Positions 27,072 to 35,149 of a stretch of 37,698 bases of DNA are shown here, piece after piece (within the stretch, counting starts at the first letter, position 1; every line of letters starts with the position of its first letter). The notes under the pieces were generated by a model. The model did not search any database and was not told where the DNA came from. It saw only the letters and a list, made by a program, of their open reading frames with translations. The DNA is taken from positions 1-37,698 of the IMG/VR virus record IMGVR_UViG_3300028585_000048, one strand, 5' to 3'. A program made the position numbers and the translations under genes. The DNA is from a virus. Taxonomy: Duplodnaviria; Caudoviricetes.

Positions 27072-28363
27072 TTAACTACCTCGTCTGTCTGGGAAATATC
27101 TTGGGTCGTCGCTCCTTGGGGAGCGGTTGCTGGCTGATTGCCAAAGAGGTTTGCGGCCCCGCGTAGCTTGTCAGCTTCCGGGTTATCGCTAAGCGGAAGG
27201 TCTTCCTTGGCCCTCACGTCGTTTGCCGACATGATGCCAAGCGTGACCATTGTGTTGTAATAAGCCGTGCGCTCGGCGGTGCTGCCTCGCAATAGTGCGG
27301 TGGCGTTCAACTTGATCGCGTAGCCGGCTTCCAACTCTTCACGGCTTAGAAGGCTGTTCTCGGCGCTTTGCTCAAAACGCTCATACCAGGGCATCAAGGT
27401 GTGGGTGAGGTGCGCTAGGAATAGCTGCTCAACACTTGCATAGCTGGTCGCGCCGGTCTGCATGACCATGATGGGCAGGACACGGAAGAAGCGGCAAATC
27501 TCTTCGATCAGGAACTTTCGGTTCTCGATCCACTGCGCTTCGTTGGCCGAACCGCTGACCGTCGTAAAATCGAGGTCGAACGGAAGCATGACCGTCTTGT
27601 GGGCATTGTCGACGCCTCGGTTCTGCGCCTGCCACAGAGTCATAATCTCTTTACGCTGTTCGGGATTTAAAGGCTGCGCTCCCGCCTTGGTTGTCAGGAT
27701 GCCGCCGGGACGCGCGCCATTCTCGAATAGCTTGGTGCCGTATCGCTCCGTGGCTTGCGCCAAGCCGATCGTCTTCGCGGCCAGCTTGATCGCGTCGTTG
27801 CCGCGAAAGCCATTCCAGCTTGGGCCACGAACGTGCCACATATCAGCGGCGGGGATGGTCTGCTCGCGACCATCGACCTTGACCTTGTAGGTCAATTCCA
27901 TGTCGTCGTTCTGCGCGACCACGACATTACCGGGCTGGAATGCGTAGAGCTCTTTGATCTCGCCACGAACGCGGTTGATGAAAACAAAAGCGTTGTGGTC
28001 GAACGCTAGGTGCAATCCCATCTGCTCGCGCAGTTCAAAGCTGGTCTGCCAATCGTTGGGCTTGTGCTTGAGGAGCCAGAACAGTGGATGATCGCGAGCC
28101 TCGACCAGCGATCCCTTTGCGTCTTCCTTCATCAAGCGGCATGGAACCTGCGCCAAGCCCTCGGCAATGACACGCGCGCAACAAAGTGCGGCACTTACCT
28201 GGAGGGCGGTCTTTTGATTAACGGTCTCGGAAATCCAGCCAGCAGCGGCGGCAAGGTCTGCGCGCACCTCCTCCGGAGTCGCGATTGCAGGCACGATAGG
28301 CACCGAGACAATCGGGGCAGATTTGGTTTCCGGGCCAAAGAAGAAGTCGGTGAGTTTTCCCAT
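27068..28363 (-). CDS. HK97-family portal protein
   Basis: PNDWQTSFE, FENGARPGG and EEICRFFRV motifs. Confidence 0.95.
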   Translation of the reverse strand: MGKLTDFFFGPETKSAPIVSVPIVPAIATPEEVRADLAAAAGWISETVNQKTALQVSAALCCARVIAEGLAQVPCRLMKEDAKGSLVEARDHPLFWLLKHKPNDWQTSFELREQMGLHLAFDHNAFVFINRVRGEIKELYAFQPGNVVVAQNDDMELTYKVKVDGREQTIPAADMWHVRGPSWNGFRGNDAIKLAAKTIGLAQATERYGTKLFENGARPGGILTTKAGAQPLNPEQRKEIMTLWQAQNRGVDNAHKTVMLPFDLDFTTVSGSANEAQWIENRKFLIEEICRFFRVLPIMVMQTGATSYASVEQLFLAHLTHTLMPWYERFEQSAENSLLSREELEAGYAIKLNATALLRGSTAERTAYYNTMVTLGIMSANDVRAKEDLPLSDNPEADKLRGAANLFGNQPATAPQGATTQDISQTDEVVK

Positions 28364-28367
28364 CGAT

Positions 28368-28373
28368 TACTTA
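28368..28373 (-). promoter_or_regulatory. TAAGTA motif, 4 nt before portal ATG 28363
   Basis: Minus strand reads GCTAAGTA-ATCG-ATG; no SD. Confidence 0.72.
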
Positions 28374-28392
28374 GCATCTGGCGCTCACCTGG

Positions 28393-30075
28393 TTAATCGA
28401 GGACCATCATCCACACCTCGGCGGGCCTCTCCTCCACGGCGGCGAGGCCGAGTGCCATCATTAGGGCCACGAATCCGTCGATTTTCGCGTGATCCAGGCG
28501 GGCAGGCTTCACGGGTTTGATGAACTCGCCGTGCTGTTTGGCCACCACGTTGCCGGCCATCCAGCGCATCATGCGGTTGCCGTTATGCTTGAGGTGGCCC
28601 AGCGCGATCAGCTTCTCGAAACGGCTCATCGGCGGATGCATGTTCGAGAAGTTTTGAGGGTAGGTCCGCACGGGAAGGCCGGTCTCACCGAGGCGCTGCG
28701 CCATCATAGCGGCCTGCCACTGGTCAAACGCGATGCTCTGGACATTAAACTGCCCGTTCAACTCCCGCAGCTTTGCCTCCACGGCAGCGAAGTCCGTCTC
28801 GTCATCCTGCGTTAGGGTTAGCTCTCCGCTTGCCGCCCACTCCCGATATGCAGCCGCATTCTTGGGCTGGCGTTGAACGGCCATCTCCGGGAGGAAGAAG
28901 AACGGATAAAAGTGCTGCGCCGTCTCGCCGTCGCGGGGCACCTCCACCAACAGGCCGATGGCCGTTACGTCCAAGACACGGCTGATGTCGCAGCCAATCC
29001 ATGCCCGGTAGCCGCGATCTTTGACCTCCTCAAAGGGCAGACCCCGCGCCTTCGTGGCATCCCAATCCTTCATGTTGACCCAAGCGGTGCTGCTCGACTG
29101 CCATACGTTCAGGTGTTTGGTCAGCAAGCCGGGCTTCTCGCTCGGGACGTCCAATGCCGTCTGGTGCAGTTCGCGAAGGCGAGCCTCTGTGAACGACACG
29201 CCCACGTTGGGGTTAGCCTTCTTCCAAACGGTGAAATCCCGCCAATCGTCCTCGGGATCGATGGTGTAGATGGCTGAGAAGCGGCGTGGATCGGTGAGTT
29301 CGCCGGCTAGAATTTGCTCGCACTGCGATTGCAGGAGGCGACAGTCGCCGGCCTCGTTAAAGCCAGCAGTGGTGATCGTGATGAGCAGGGGCTGGGTGCG
29401 GGCGCCCATGCCGGTTCGCATGGTCTCGCGTTGCCTGGAAAAGTTGTGGTTCTCGTGCGCCTCATCCAGAATGGCGAGGTGCGGGTTCGATCCGTCGGGC
29501 GGATTGCCGATCATGCGTTCGAGGAAGGAGCCGTCGCGCGTCTCGATCTTCTTCTTCGTGATTGTCGTAGCCCAGAAAGTCGCGAAGCCCGGTGCCTTAC
29601 TGGCCATCTCGCGGCAGGGCTGGAAACAAAAGTCAGCCTGATTGAGGGCGGTCGCGCCGATATAGACCTGAGCGCGCTGCTCGTAATCGGCGACCAACAT
29701 ATAGAGGGCGATCACGGCGGCGAAAGTGCTCTTGCCGTTCTTCCTCGGAATCTCGATGAAGGCTTCGCGGTGTTTGCGGAAGCCATCGCCGTCCACGATG
29801 CCGAAGAGCGAGGCGAGGATCCATATTTGCCACGGCTCCAAGCGCAGCTTGAGCCGTTTGGCGGCAAGCGGGCCTTCCAAGTATGGGAATGTCTCTGCGA
29901 ACTGGCAGACGCGCTGCACCTTGGCCGCATTGAGCGTCCAGGTGTCGCCCTTGGTATCATCGAGGAAGCGTTGGCAGGACGATTTGATCTGCCAACAGGC
30001 GACGATATCGCCGGCGATGACCTGCTCTGCGTAGCGGATAGCTACGTCTGCGAAGCTACCTTTGCCCTGGCGCAC
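28393..30075 (-). CDS. terL: Terminase large subunit
   Basis: LEPWQ, Walker A PRKNGKS, Walker B ILDEAH, ITTAG and KIDG motifs. Confidence 0.96.
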   Translation of the reverse strand: MRQGKGSFADVAIRYAEQVIAGDIVACWQIKSSCQRFLDDTKGDTWTLNAAKVQRVCQFAETFPYLEGPLAAKRLKLRLEPWQIWILASLFGIVDGDGFRKHREAFIEIPRKNGKSTFAAVIALYMLVADYEQRAQVYIGATALNQADFCFQPCREMASKAPGFATFWATTITKKKIETRDGSFLERMIGNPPDGSNPHLAILDEAHENHNFSRQRETMRTGMGARTQPLLITITTAGFNEAGDCRLLQSQCEQILAGELTDPRRFSAIYTIDPEDDWRDFTVWKKANPNVGVSFTEARLRELHQTALDVPSEKPGLLTKHLNVWQSSSTAWVNMKDWDATKARGLPFEEVKDRGYRAWIGCDISRVLDVTAIGLLVEVPRDGETAQHFYPFFFLPEMAVQRQPKNAAAYREWAASGELTLTQDDETDFAAVEAKLRELNGQFNVQSIAFDQWQAAMMAQRLGETGLPVRTYPQNFSNMHPPMSRFEKLIALGHLKHNGNRMMRWMAGNVVAKQHGEFIKPVKPARLDHAKIDGFVALMMALGLAAVEERPAEVWMMVLD

Positions 30076-30077
30076 GG

Positions 30078-30437
30078 TTATGCGTCGGGCAGAGCGCCGT
30101 AGGGGTTAGCTTCTGCCGATAGAGGATTGGCGGGGGTGCCGGTTGTCGTGCGAGCATCAAGCCCGCTGATGCCCAGCAATTCGGCCAGCTTGCGCTTCTC
30201 GCTCAGGTAAGCGCCGCGCGGCACATCACCCGAAGCGAAGATTGCCCTGCATTGCGCTTCGAGAGAGCAGTAGGTCGCGAATGTGCTGGAATGGCTGGCG
30301 TTGATGCCATTGGCGACGACAAACTCGATTTCCTCGAACCACACGTCCTTGGCCGCTGCCGTGAGGTAGTCAGGCATGACGGGTTTGCTGGACGAGCCAG
30401 TTTCGTGGGGCTGTTTAGGTTTTGGTCCTGGTTTCAC
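30078..30437 (-). CDS. terS: Terminase small subunit
   Basis: PGPKPKQP...PDYLTAAAKDVW (P27-like); directly upstream of terL. Confidence 0.8.
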   Translation of the reverse strand: MKPGPKPKQPHETGSSSKPVMPDYLTAAAKDVWFEEIEFVVANGINASHSSTFATYCSLEAQCRAIFASGDVPRGAYLSEKRKLAELLGISGLDARTTTGTPANPLSAEANPYGALPDA

Positions 30438-30441
30438 CCAT

Positions 30442-30447
30442 TACTTA
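30442..30447 (-). promoter_or_regulatory. TAAGTA motif, 4 nt before terS GTG 30437
   Basis: Minus strand reads GCTAAGTA-ATGG-GTG; no SD. Confidence 0.72.
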
Positions 30448-30540
30448 GCAGTGGGCGGCGCATGTCGGTTCGGCACAAAATCACACGGTTGCCGCGCAAC
30501 CACCCACGGACTAGTTTGTTCGGGAAGAGGATAGAACGGG

Positions 30541-31152
30541 ATGGCCAAGCAACCGGTCAGCAAGGGCGGATCGACTAAGGTTCGCTTTATTATGTTGGAA
30601 GCAGAAGGGGCAGAAGGCGACATCGCGCAAATCGCTGCGGCGATACAAAGCGCGTTGAAGCCGTCTCAGGCAGTAATTCAACAGCGAATCGCGCCAGCTG
30701 CACGACCAGTCGCATCCATTTCGGATCAGAGCGAGGCGTCTGATCCCGCCGAGTATGATGATGCCGATAACGAAGACGAGATCGTGTCGGCTTCGCCGAG
30801 GAGCGTCAAGGACGCTAAGCCGCGCAAGTATCCCAGCCCCAAGGTGTTGGACGTAGATTTGACTGCGCCGTTATCCTTTGAGGAATATGCAAATGCGCGC
30901 AACGCGGACAACGAAAAGGATCGCTTCCTGATCGTGGCCGCGTGGTTCAAGGAGCACCGCAACGAAACGGCCATCGGCATCAACCACGTGTTCACTTGCT
31001 ACAAAAAGATGCGGTGGCCCTCCGGAATTGCCGACTTTGCTTGGCCACTTCGAAGCCTTAAAAAAGATGGCCTGATGAACACTGGTGGTCGTGGCTTGTA
31101 TACAATAAATCACATCGGCTCTGGTCGGGCGGATGAGCTTGAGAAAGATTAA
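30541..31152 (+). CDS. Hypothetical protein with a probable C-terminal winged helix
   Basis: Acidic linker, then FLIVAAWF...VFTCYK...LKKDGL..GLYTINHIG. Confidence 0.7.
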   Translation: MAKQPVSKGGSTKVRFIMLEAEGAEGDIAQIAAAIQSALKPSQAVIQQRIAPAARPVASISDQSEASDPAEYDDADNEDEIVSASPRSVKDAKPRKYPSPKVLDVDLTAPLSFEEYANARNADNEKDRFLIVAAWFKEHRNETAIGINHVFTCYKKMRWPSGIADFAWPLRSLKKDGLMNTGGRGLYTINHIGSGRADELEKD

Positions 31153-31155
31153 CCA

Positions 31156-31911
31156 TTGAGCAGCAGCGTTAAGGAATTCGTCGCGAACAATCCTTCCTTC
31201 TACAGTATGAAGGGTCCGGATCAGGTTTTGGCGCTAGCGTGGGTTTCCGAAGCTGTCGAAAAGCGACAGTCATTCGGCGCCAATTATCTGCGTTCCTGCT
31301 TTCGCGCCGTGGGCGTAGAGCCACCCGATCTGAGTGTCTATCTGCCTCGTATCATGGCTAAGAAGCCTCGGCAGCTTCTCTGCCAGGGTGATGCCTACAC
31401 GCTCAGCGGACCGATGAGGCTCGCGCTCGACAAGAAGTATGGAAACGACAATGCTCCGGTTGTGGTCAAGCGGGCTATTGCCGATCTGAGCGCACGTTTC
31501 TCAGATGCGGCAGAACGCACCTTCTTTGACGAGACTATCGCCTGCTACAGGGTCAAGGCCTATCGCGCGGCTATCGTGATGATGTGGAACTTGGCCTACA
31601 GCCATCTGCGAGACTGGCTACTAGCAGATGCTGATCGGCTTGCGATCCTCAATGACAAGTTGGCCACGCAGAAGAAAGAGAAAATAGTGGTCATCAAGTC
31701 GGCGGACGAATTCGGTTGGCTCAAGGAAAATGAGCTACTTGAGGTGCTGTTGACTACGAAGACCATCGACAAAACGACACATACGATCTTGAAGGAAAAG
31801 CTGGGGAAGCGGAATCTCGCCGCCCACCCAGGCACACATGAAATTAGTCAGTTGCAGGCCGACGAGGTCATTCACGACCTGGCGACTAACATCATCTTCA
31901 AGCTGGTCTGA
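31156..31911 (+). CDS. wHTH plus HEPN-like protein
   Basis: ETIACY...YRAAIVMMW and the R-x4-H motif RNLAAHP. Confidence 0.7.
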   Translation: MSSSVKEFVANNPSFYSMKGPDQVLALAWVSEAVEKRQSFGANYLRSCFRAVGVEPPDLSVYLPRIMAKKPRQLLCQGDAYTLSGPMRLALDKKYGNDNAPVVVKRAIADLSARFSDAAERTFFDETIACYRVKAYRAAIVMMWNLAYSHLRDWLLADADRLAILNDKLATQKKEKIVVIKSADEFGWLKENELLEVLLTTKTIDKTTHTILKEKLGKRNLAAHPGTHEISQLQADEVIHDLATNIIFKLV

Positions 31912-32082
31912 ACGCAGGTATTTTAATTCACCCAGGCGTCTTTTTGAGGGGGTGGTTGTTGCTTAAGGCGCACCATCCTCAGAATTGATGTGCCCCTCTC
32001 GGCTTCGGCACGTGGGCCAGCTGGGGCGGTGAGCGGTCAGGATCGAGGCTGGCTTCCTAATCTAGAAGCCAGCCCCAGCGTC

Positions 32083-32583
32083 TTACTCGCCGTCAGCGTC
32101 GTTCTTACGCTTCCGCGGAGCAGGCTTGTCGGCGCTTGCCTTGCTCGGGGCAGTCTCGCCAGACTTGCGGCCCAGCCCAATCTTTACCGCCATTGCTCGG
32201 CGGCTCTCAGAATAATTTGCAGACACCATGGGGTAGTCGGCCTTCAGGCCATAGCGCGCCCGATATTCCTCTGGCGTCATGCCATGGGTCGAAAGATGGC
32301 GACGCAAAGTCTTATACTTCTTTCCGTCGATCATGCTGATGATGTGGTCGGGATCCGAAAGGGACTTTCTAGCCGTTACGGCAGGAACATGTTCGGTTGG
32401 CTCGTCGGCATCAGTGCCCGATGTGCCGGGGGTGCCAGCAAGCGCTATAATGGAGTTGTGCATCTTGCCGAGAAACGCGGGCACTTCATCGGCCGACGTG
32501 CGGGTATTAGGATTGCTTAACCATGCGATTGTCAACTCGGTTGCGAGTTCGATCGGGTTCAGCTCGATGGTATCTGCGGACAT
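32083..32583 (-). CDS. mucR: MucR/Ros family transcriptional regulator
   Basis: PAVTARKS, IISMIDGKKYKTLRRHL and YPMVSANYSESR..IGLG motifs; GGAG SD before ATG 32583. Confidence 0.93.
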   Translation of the reverse strand: MSADTIELNPIELATELTIAWLSNPNTRTSADEVPAFLGKMHNSIIALAGTPGTSGTDADEPTEHVPAVTARKSLSDPDHIISMIDGKKYKTLRRHLSTHGMTPEEYRARYGLKADYPMVSANYSESRRAMAVKIGLGRKSGETAPSKASADKPAPRKRKNDADGE

Positions 32584-32729
32584 TATAGGCTCCATTCTAT
32601 TTGCGCCAAGTAGGCTTGAAGTTTCGCGACGACAACCCCGACAGCAATCGATTGTTGCATCCGCTGAGCAATTACAGATCGGGTCGAACGTAAGCCGGTC
32701 GAATGGTCGGCTGATATAGTTTGCTTAAA

Positions 32730-33026
32730 TCAATATCCTCGATTGATCCGGCGAATGTCCTGACGTGTCTTATCCTGGTGGCACGGCTTGCAAAGACTTT
32801 GGGTGTTATCCCAGGCATCGTCGCCACCCAGCGCCTTTGGCTTTATGTGATCGACTTCAACGGCTGGCGTGATGAAACCACGCCCCGCACAATGTCGGCA
32901 CAGCGGTTCGGCATCTAGTCGTCGGTTACGCTGCTTACGCCAGTTATGGTCGTATCCGCCGGTCAGCTTGACGATCGTGGACGGTGCGGGCCGGGCAAAA
33001 CTGTGGCGGGGTGTTCGTTTTGGCAT
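32730..33026 (-). CDS. Terminase-associated HNH endonuclease (gp74-like)
   Basis: PLCRHC, VDHIKP..GG and NTQSLCKPCH motifs. Confidence 0.92.
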   Translation of the reverse strand: MPKRTPRHSFARPAPSTIVKLTGGYDHNWRKQRNRRLDAEPLCRHCAGRGFITPAVEVDHIKPKALGGDDAWDNTQSLCKPCHQDKTRQDIRRINRGY

Positions 33027-33030
33027 CGCC

Positions 33031-33036
33031 TACTTA
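33031..33036 (-). promoter_or_regulatory. TAAGTA motif, 4 nt before HNH ATG 33026
   Basis: Minus strand reads ACTAAGTA-GGCG-ATG; no SD. Confidence 0.72.
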
Positions 33037-33189
33037 GTAAGCCTTGGGGGGTTGGCCGTAGGGGCGTGTCAAATAGTGATGTGTCAGAAAAGACTGAAAT
33101 CAAGAGCCAAAGATAGAATGATTTCAACCTGAACTGACAGCATACGATCGGAGTAGGCAATGAGGCTTGCAAGATCGAGGACTTAAGTA

Positions 33190-33618
33190 ATGGCACGTTT
33201 CGACCCAAAGATGCTTGTTCCGGCGCTCGCTGCGGACAAGGGTAGCGCAGCGCGCTCGGCCAAGGACGTAGCGCTGGCAAACATCTCAAAGATGAAGGAG
33301 CAGTATGCGGCAGGCGAAGGCGCAGAGGGTAAGGTCAACTTCAAGGCCGTAGATGGCGGTCGGTTGGCTTTCACGATCCGGGTTAGCAATACGCCGCTGG
33401 TGCTGGAGCGAACAAAGGTCGAGGATACCGATGTCGAGGTGCGCGAAATGACCATACCGGCATCCAATTTCAGCGATGCACTCGACTATTATGCCGACCG
33501 CATAAAGGCCGGCGAATATGACGCCCAATTGACTGCGCTGTCGGAAAAGAAGGAGGCTCGCACAAGCAAGCTGCGCCAGACCAGGGCGACAAAAAGGGTC
33601 GGGTCGCAAGCGGCGTAA
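33190..33618 (+). CDS. Hypothetical protein (DUF6641-like)
   Basis: GAGG SD; C-terminal IKAGEYDAQL motif; followed by a terminator. Confidence 0.7.
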   Translation: MARFDPKMLVPALAADKGSAARSAKDVALANISKMKEQYAAGEGAEGKVNFKAVDGGRLAFTIRVSNTPLVLERTKVEDTDVEVREMTIPASNFSDALDYYADRIKAGEYDAQLTALSEKKEARTSKLRQTRATKRVGSQAA

Positions 33619-33639
33619 ATCACCCCTCTTGATACGCTG

Positions 33640-33666
33640 AGCCCTCGGCTGGTCCGGGGGCTTTTT
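33640..33666 (+). terminator. Rho-independent terminator
   Basis: AGCCCTCGG-CTGGT-CCGGGGGCT-TTTT. Confidence 0.75.
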
Positions 33667-33732
33667 CGTCAGCTGTTGATCGCTTGGTAAGGACCCGGAT
33701 CTAGCTACCCTCCTGGCAATTTGGAGGGACCA

Positions 33733-34002
33733 ATGGACGATATACCGGAATGGCTTGAGGCTGACGATGGAAGCCGTATCCCTCGCGAAACCGTTATCTC
33801 GCGTATGGAGCAGCTGGGCTGGACGCGCGCTCAGGCCGAACGGACGCCCATCCGGTCACCGCTGACCGCCGAAGGTGCCGAGGCTGTTGCAAAGCGGGCG
33901 CGGGACGAGGGGCTGGTGCCGAGCAAGGTTCAGCAAACCATGCGGCAATACGGCGTCTCGTATGAAGAGGCGCGAGATTATCTCACGGCAGTTGCAGGCT
34001 AA
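33733..34002 (+). CDS. Small putative DNA-binding protein
   Basis: GGAGG SD; IPRETVISRMEQLGWTRAQAERTP. Confidence 0.65.
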   Translation: MDDIPEWLEADDGSRIPRETVISRMEQLGWTRAQAERTPIRSPLTAEGAEAVAKRARDEGLVPSKVQQTMRQYGVSYEEARDYLTAVAG

Positions 34003-34091
34003 AGCACCTGGGCCTCAGCCTTTGGGCTGTTCGATGCAAAGGGCCAGCCGGTTTCCCGACTGGCCCCTCTCGCGCCAATAGGCGTCCGCAC

Positions 34092-34448
34092 TTATGCGCG
34101 AATGTAGCCCTGCCGACGGGCTTCGGTCGCATACTCGCTGAGAGGCTTGGTGGCGCGGAAGTGAATGTCTCGCTCCACACGCAAGCCCCCCGGACCGACC
34201 ACCTCCCATATCTCATCCATGCTGATGTAGCCCACCTCTGGATAGCCCAGGTCAGCAAGACCAAAGGCTAGGCCGTCAGGGTCCATTTCGGTCAGCAACC
34301 ACGTTCCTGAGGTCCAAGGCAGGAACAGCTTACACACTGGTGGGAAGTCGCGTTCCGCGTTGCTGCCTTTGACCGGCTCCTGTTCGCGGTGGTTTCCCTC
34401 CAGCTGCGCTACCACCTCGGGCGTCAGCATTTCGCGCCAGCCCATCAT
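34092..34448 (-). CDS. DUF2958 family protein
   Basis: PVCKLFLP...TWLLTE.DP...FGLADLG.PEVGY...ERD motifs. Confidence 0.85.
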   Translation of the reverse strand: MMGWREMLTPEVVAQLEGNHREQEPVKGSNAERDFPPVCKLFLPWTSGTWLLTEMDPDGLAFGLADLGYPEVGYISMDEIWEVVGPGGLRVERDIHFRATKPLSEYATEARRQGYIRA

Positions 34449-34759
34449 GCGCGGCTTCCCAGCTTGTAGGTGGGATGATCGGTTGTCCAATCGATATGCT
34501 GCTCGATCCAGTCCGGCACGAACTCCCAATCGAACGGCTGGTCGTAGGTGTCCTTGACCTTTGCCCATTCGGCATCGACCAAATCGACCCAGCGCAGCAC
34601 GGCCAAGCGCAGCCCGCTTGTCCCCATACGCTCCCGTGTAGCTTCGACCTGATGCCGCAGTCCCTTGTGACCCCGCCCACCGTGCAGAAGCTCTAGCACG
34701 GCTTCCCATAGGCACGCGGCAGTCTCCAGACTTGCCGCGCTGTATTGCTTGTCATCCAT
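34445..34759 (-). CDS. Hypothetical protein
   Basis: AGGAG SD; ATGA-coupled to the DUF2958 gene. Confidence 0.7.
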   Translation of the reverse strand: MDDKQYSAASLETAACLWEAVLELLHGGRGHKGLRHQVEATRERMGTSGLRLAVLRWVDLVDAEWAKVKDTYDQPFDWEFVPDWIEQHIDWTTDHPTYKLGSRA

Positions 34760-34927
34760 GTGGCTTACTCCTTGTTGCCACCAGAACATCAAGCGTCAAC
34801 TGGTGGAGAGAGCAAGTCCAGAGTGGTCCAAAGAGGTAGTCAGATTTCTGGTGATGAGCGCCAGAAAGCGGTTGCCCTATTTCATATCTGGCTATTGATA
34901 GAGTGTCGGCAACACGGAGTAGCTGAC

Positions 34928-35107
34928 ATGCAGACTCAACTTAACTCTTTCGCAAACTACGCGATCAACACTTTCGACTACAGCGCCGAGTTCGAGGATG
35001 ATGCGTTTGCGGTCACGTTTGAAGGTGCGCGCTACTATGTCGAGCGTAAGCGCAACCACTTCGCAATACACATCGGTAGCGAGGTGCATAAGCTGCCCCG
35101 CTGCTAA
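34928..35107 (+). CDS. Small hypothetical protein
   Basis: GGAG SD before ATG 34928; 59 aa. Confidence 0.55.
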   Translation: MQTQLNSFANYAINTFDYSAEFEDDAFAVTFEGARYYVERKRNHFAIHIGSEVHKLPRC

Positions 35108-35149
35108 GCCAGAGACGCCCGCACAGGGTCAAGAGGTGAGGGGAGCAAC

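Noticed and set aside
22004-30437. Gene transfer agent interpretation
   Set aside because: An integrase, the att junction in comM, an HNH/cos-type packaging module and cargo genes indicate a prophage.
33184-33189. TAAGTA on the + strand directly before ATG 33190
   Set aside because: Zero spacer, preceded by T rather than C/A, and the gene has a normal GAGG SD; not counted among the 12 copies, though it cannot be excluded.
34449-34715. Long N-terminus of ORF 34092-34715
   Set aside because: Overlaps the upstream gene; the ATGA-coupled start at 34448 fits the DUF2958 domain.
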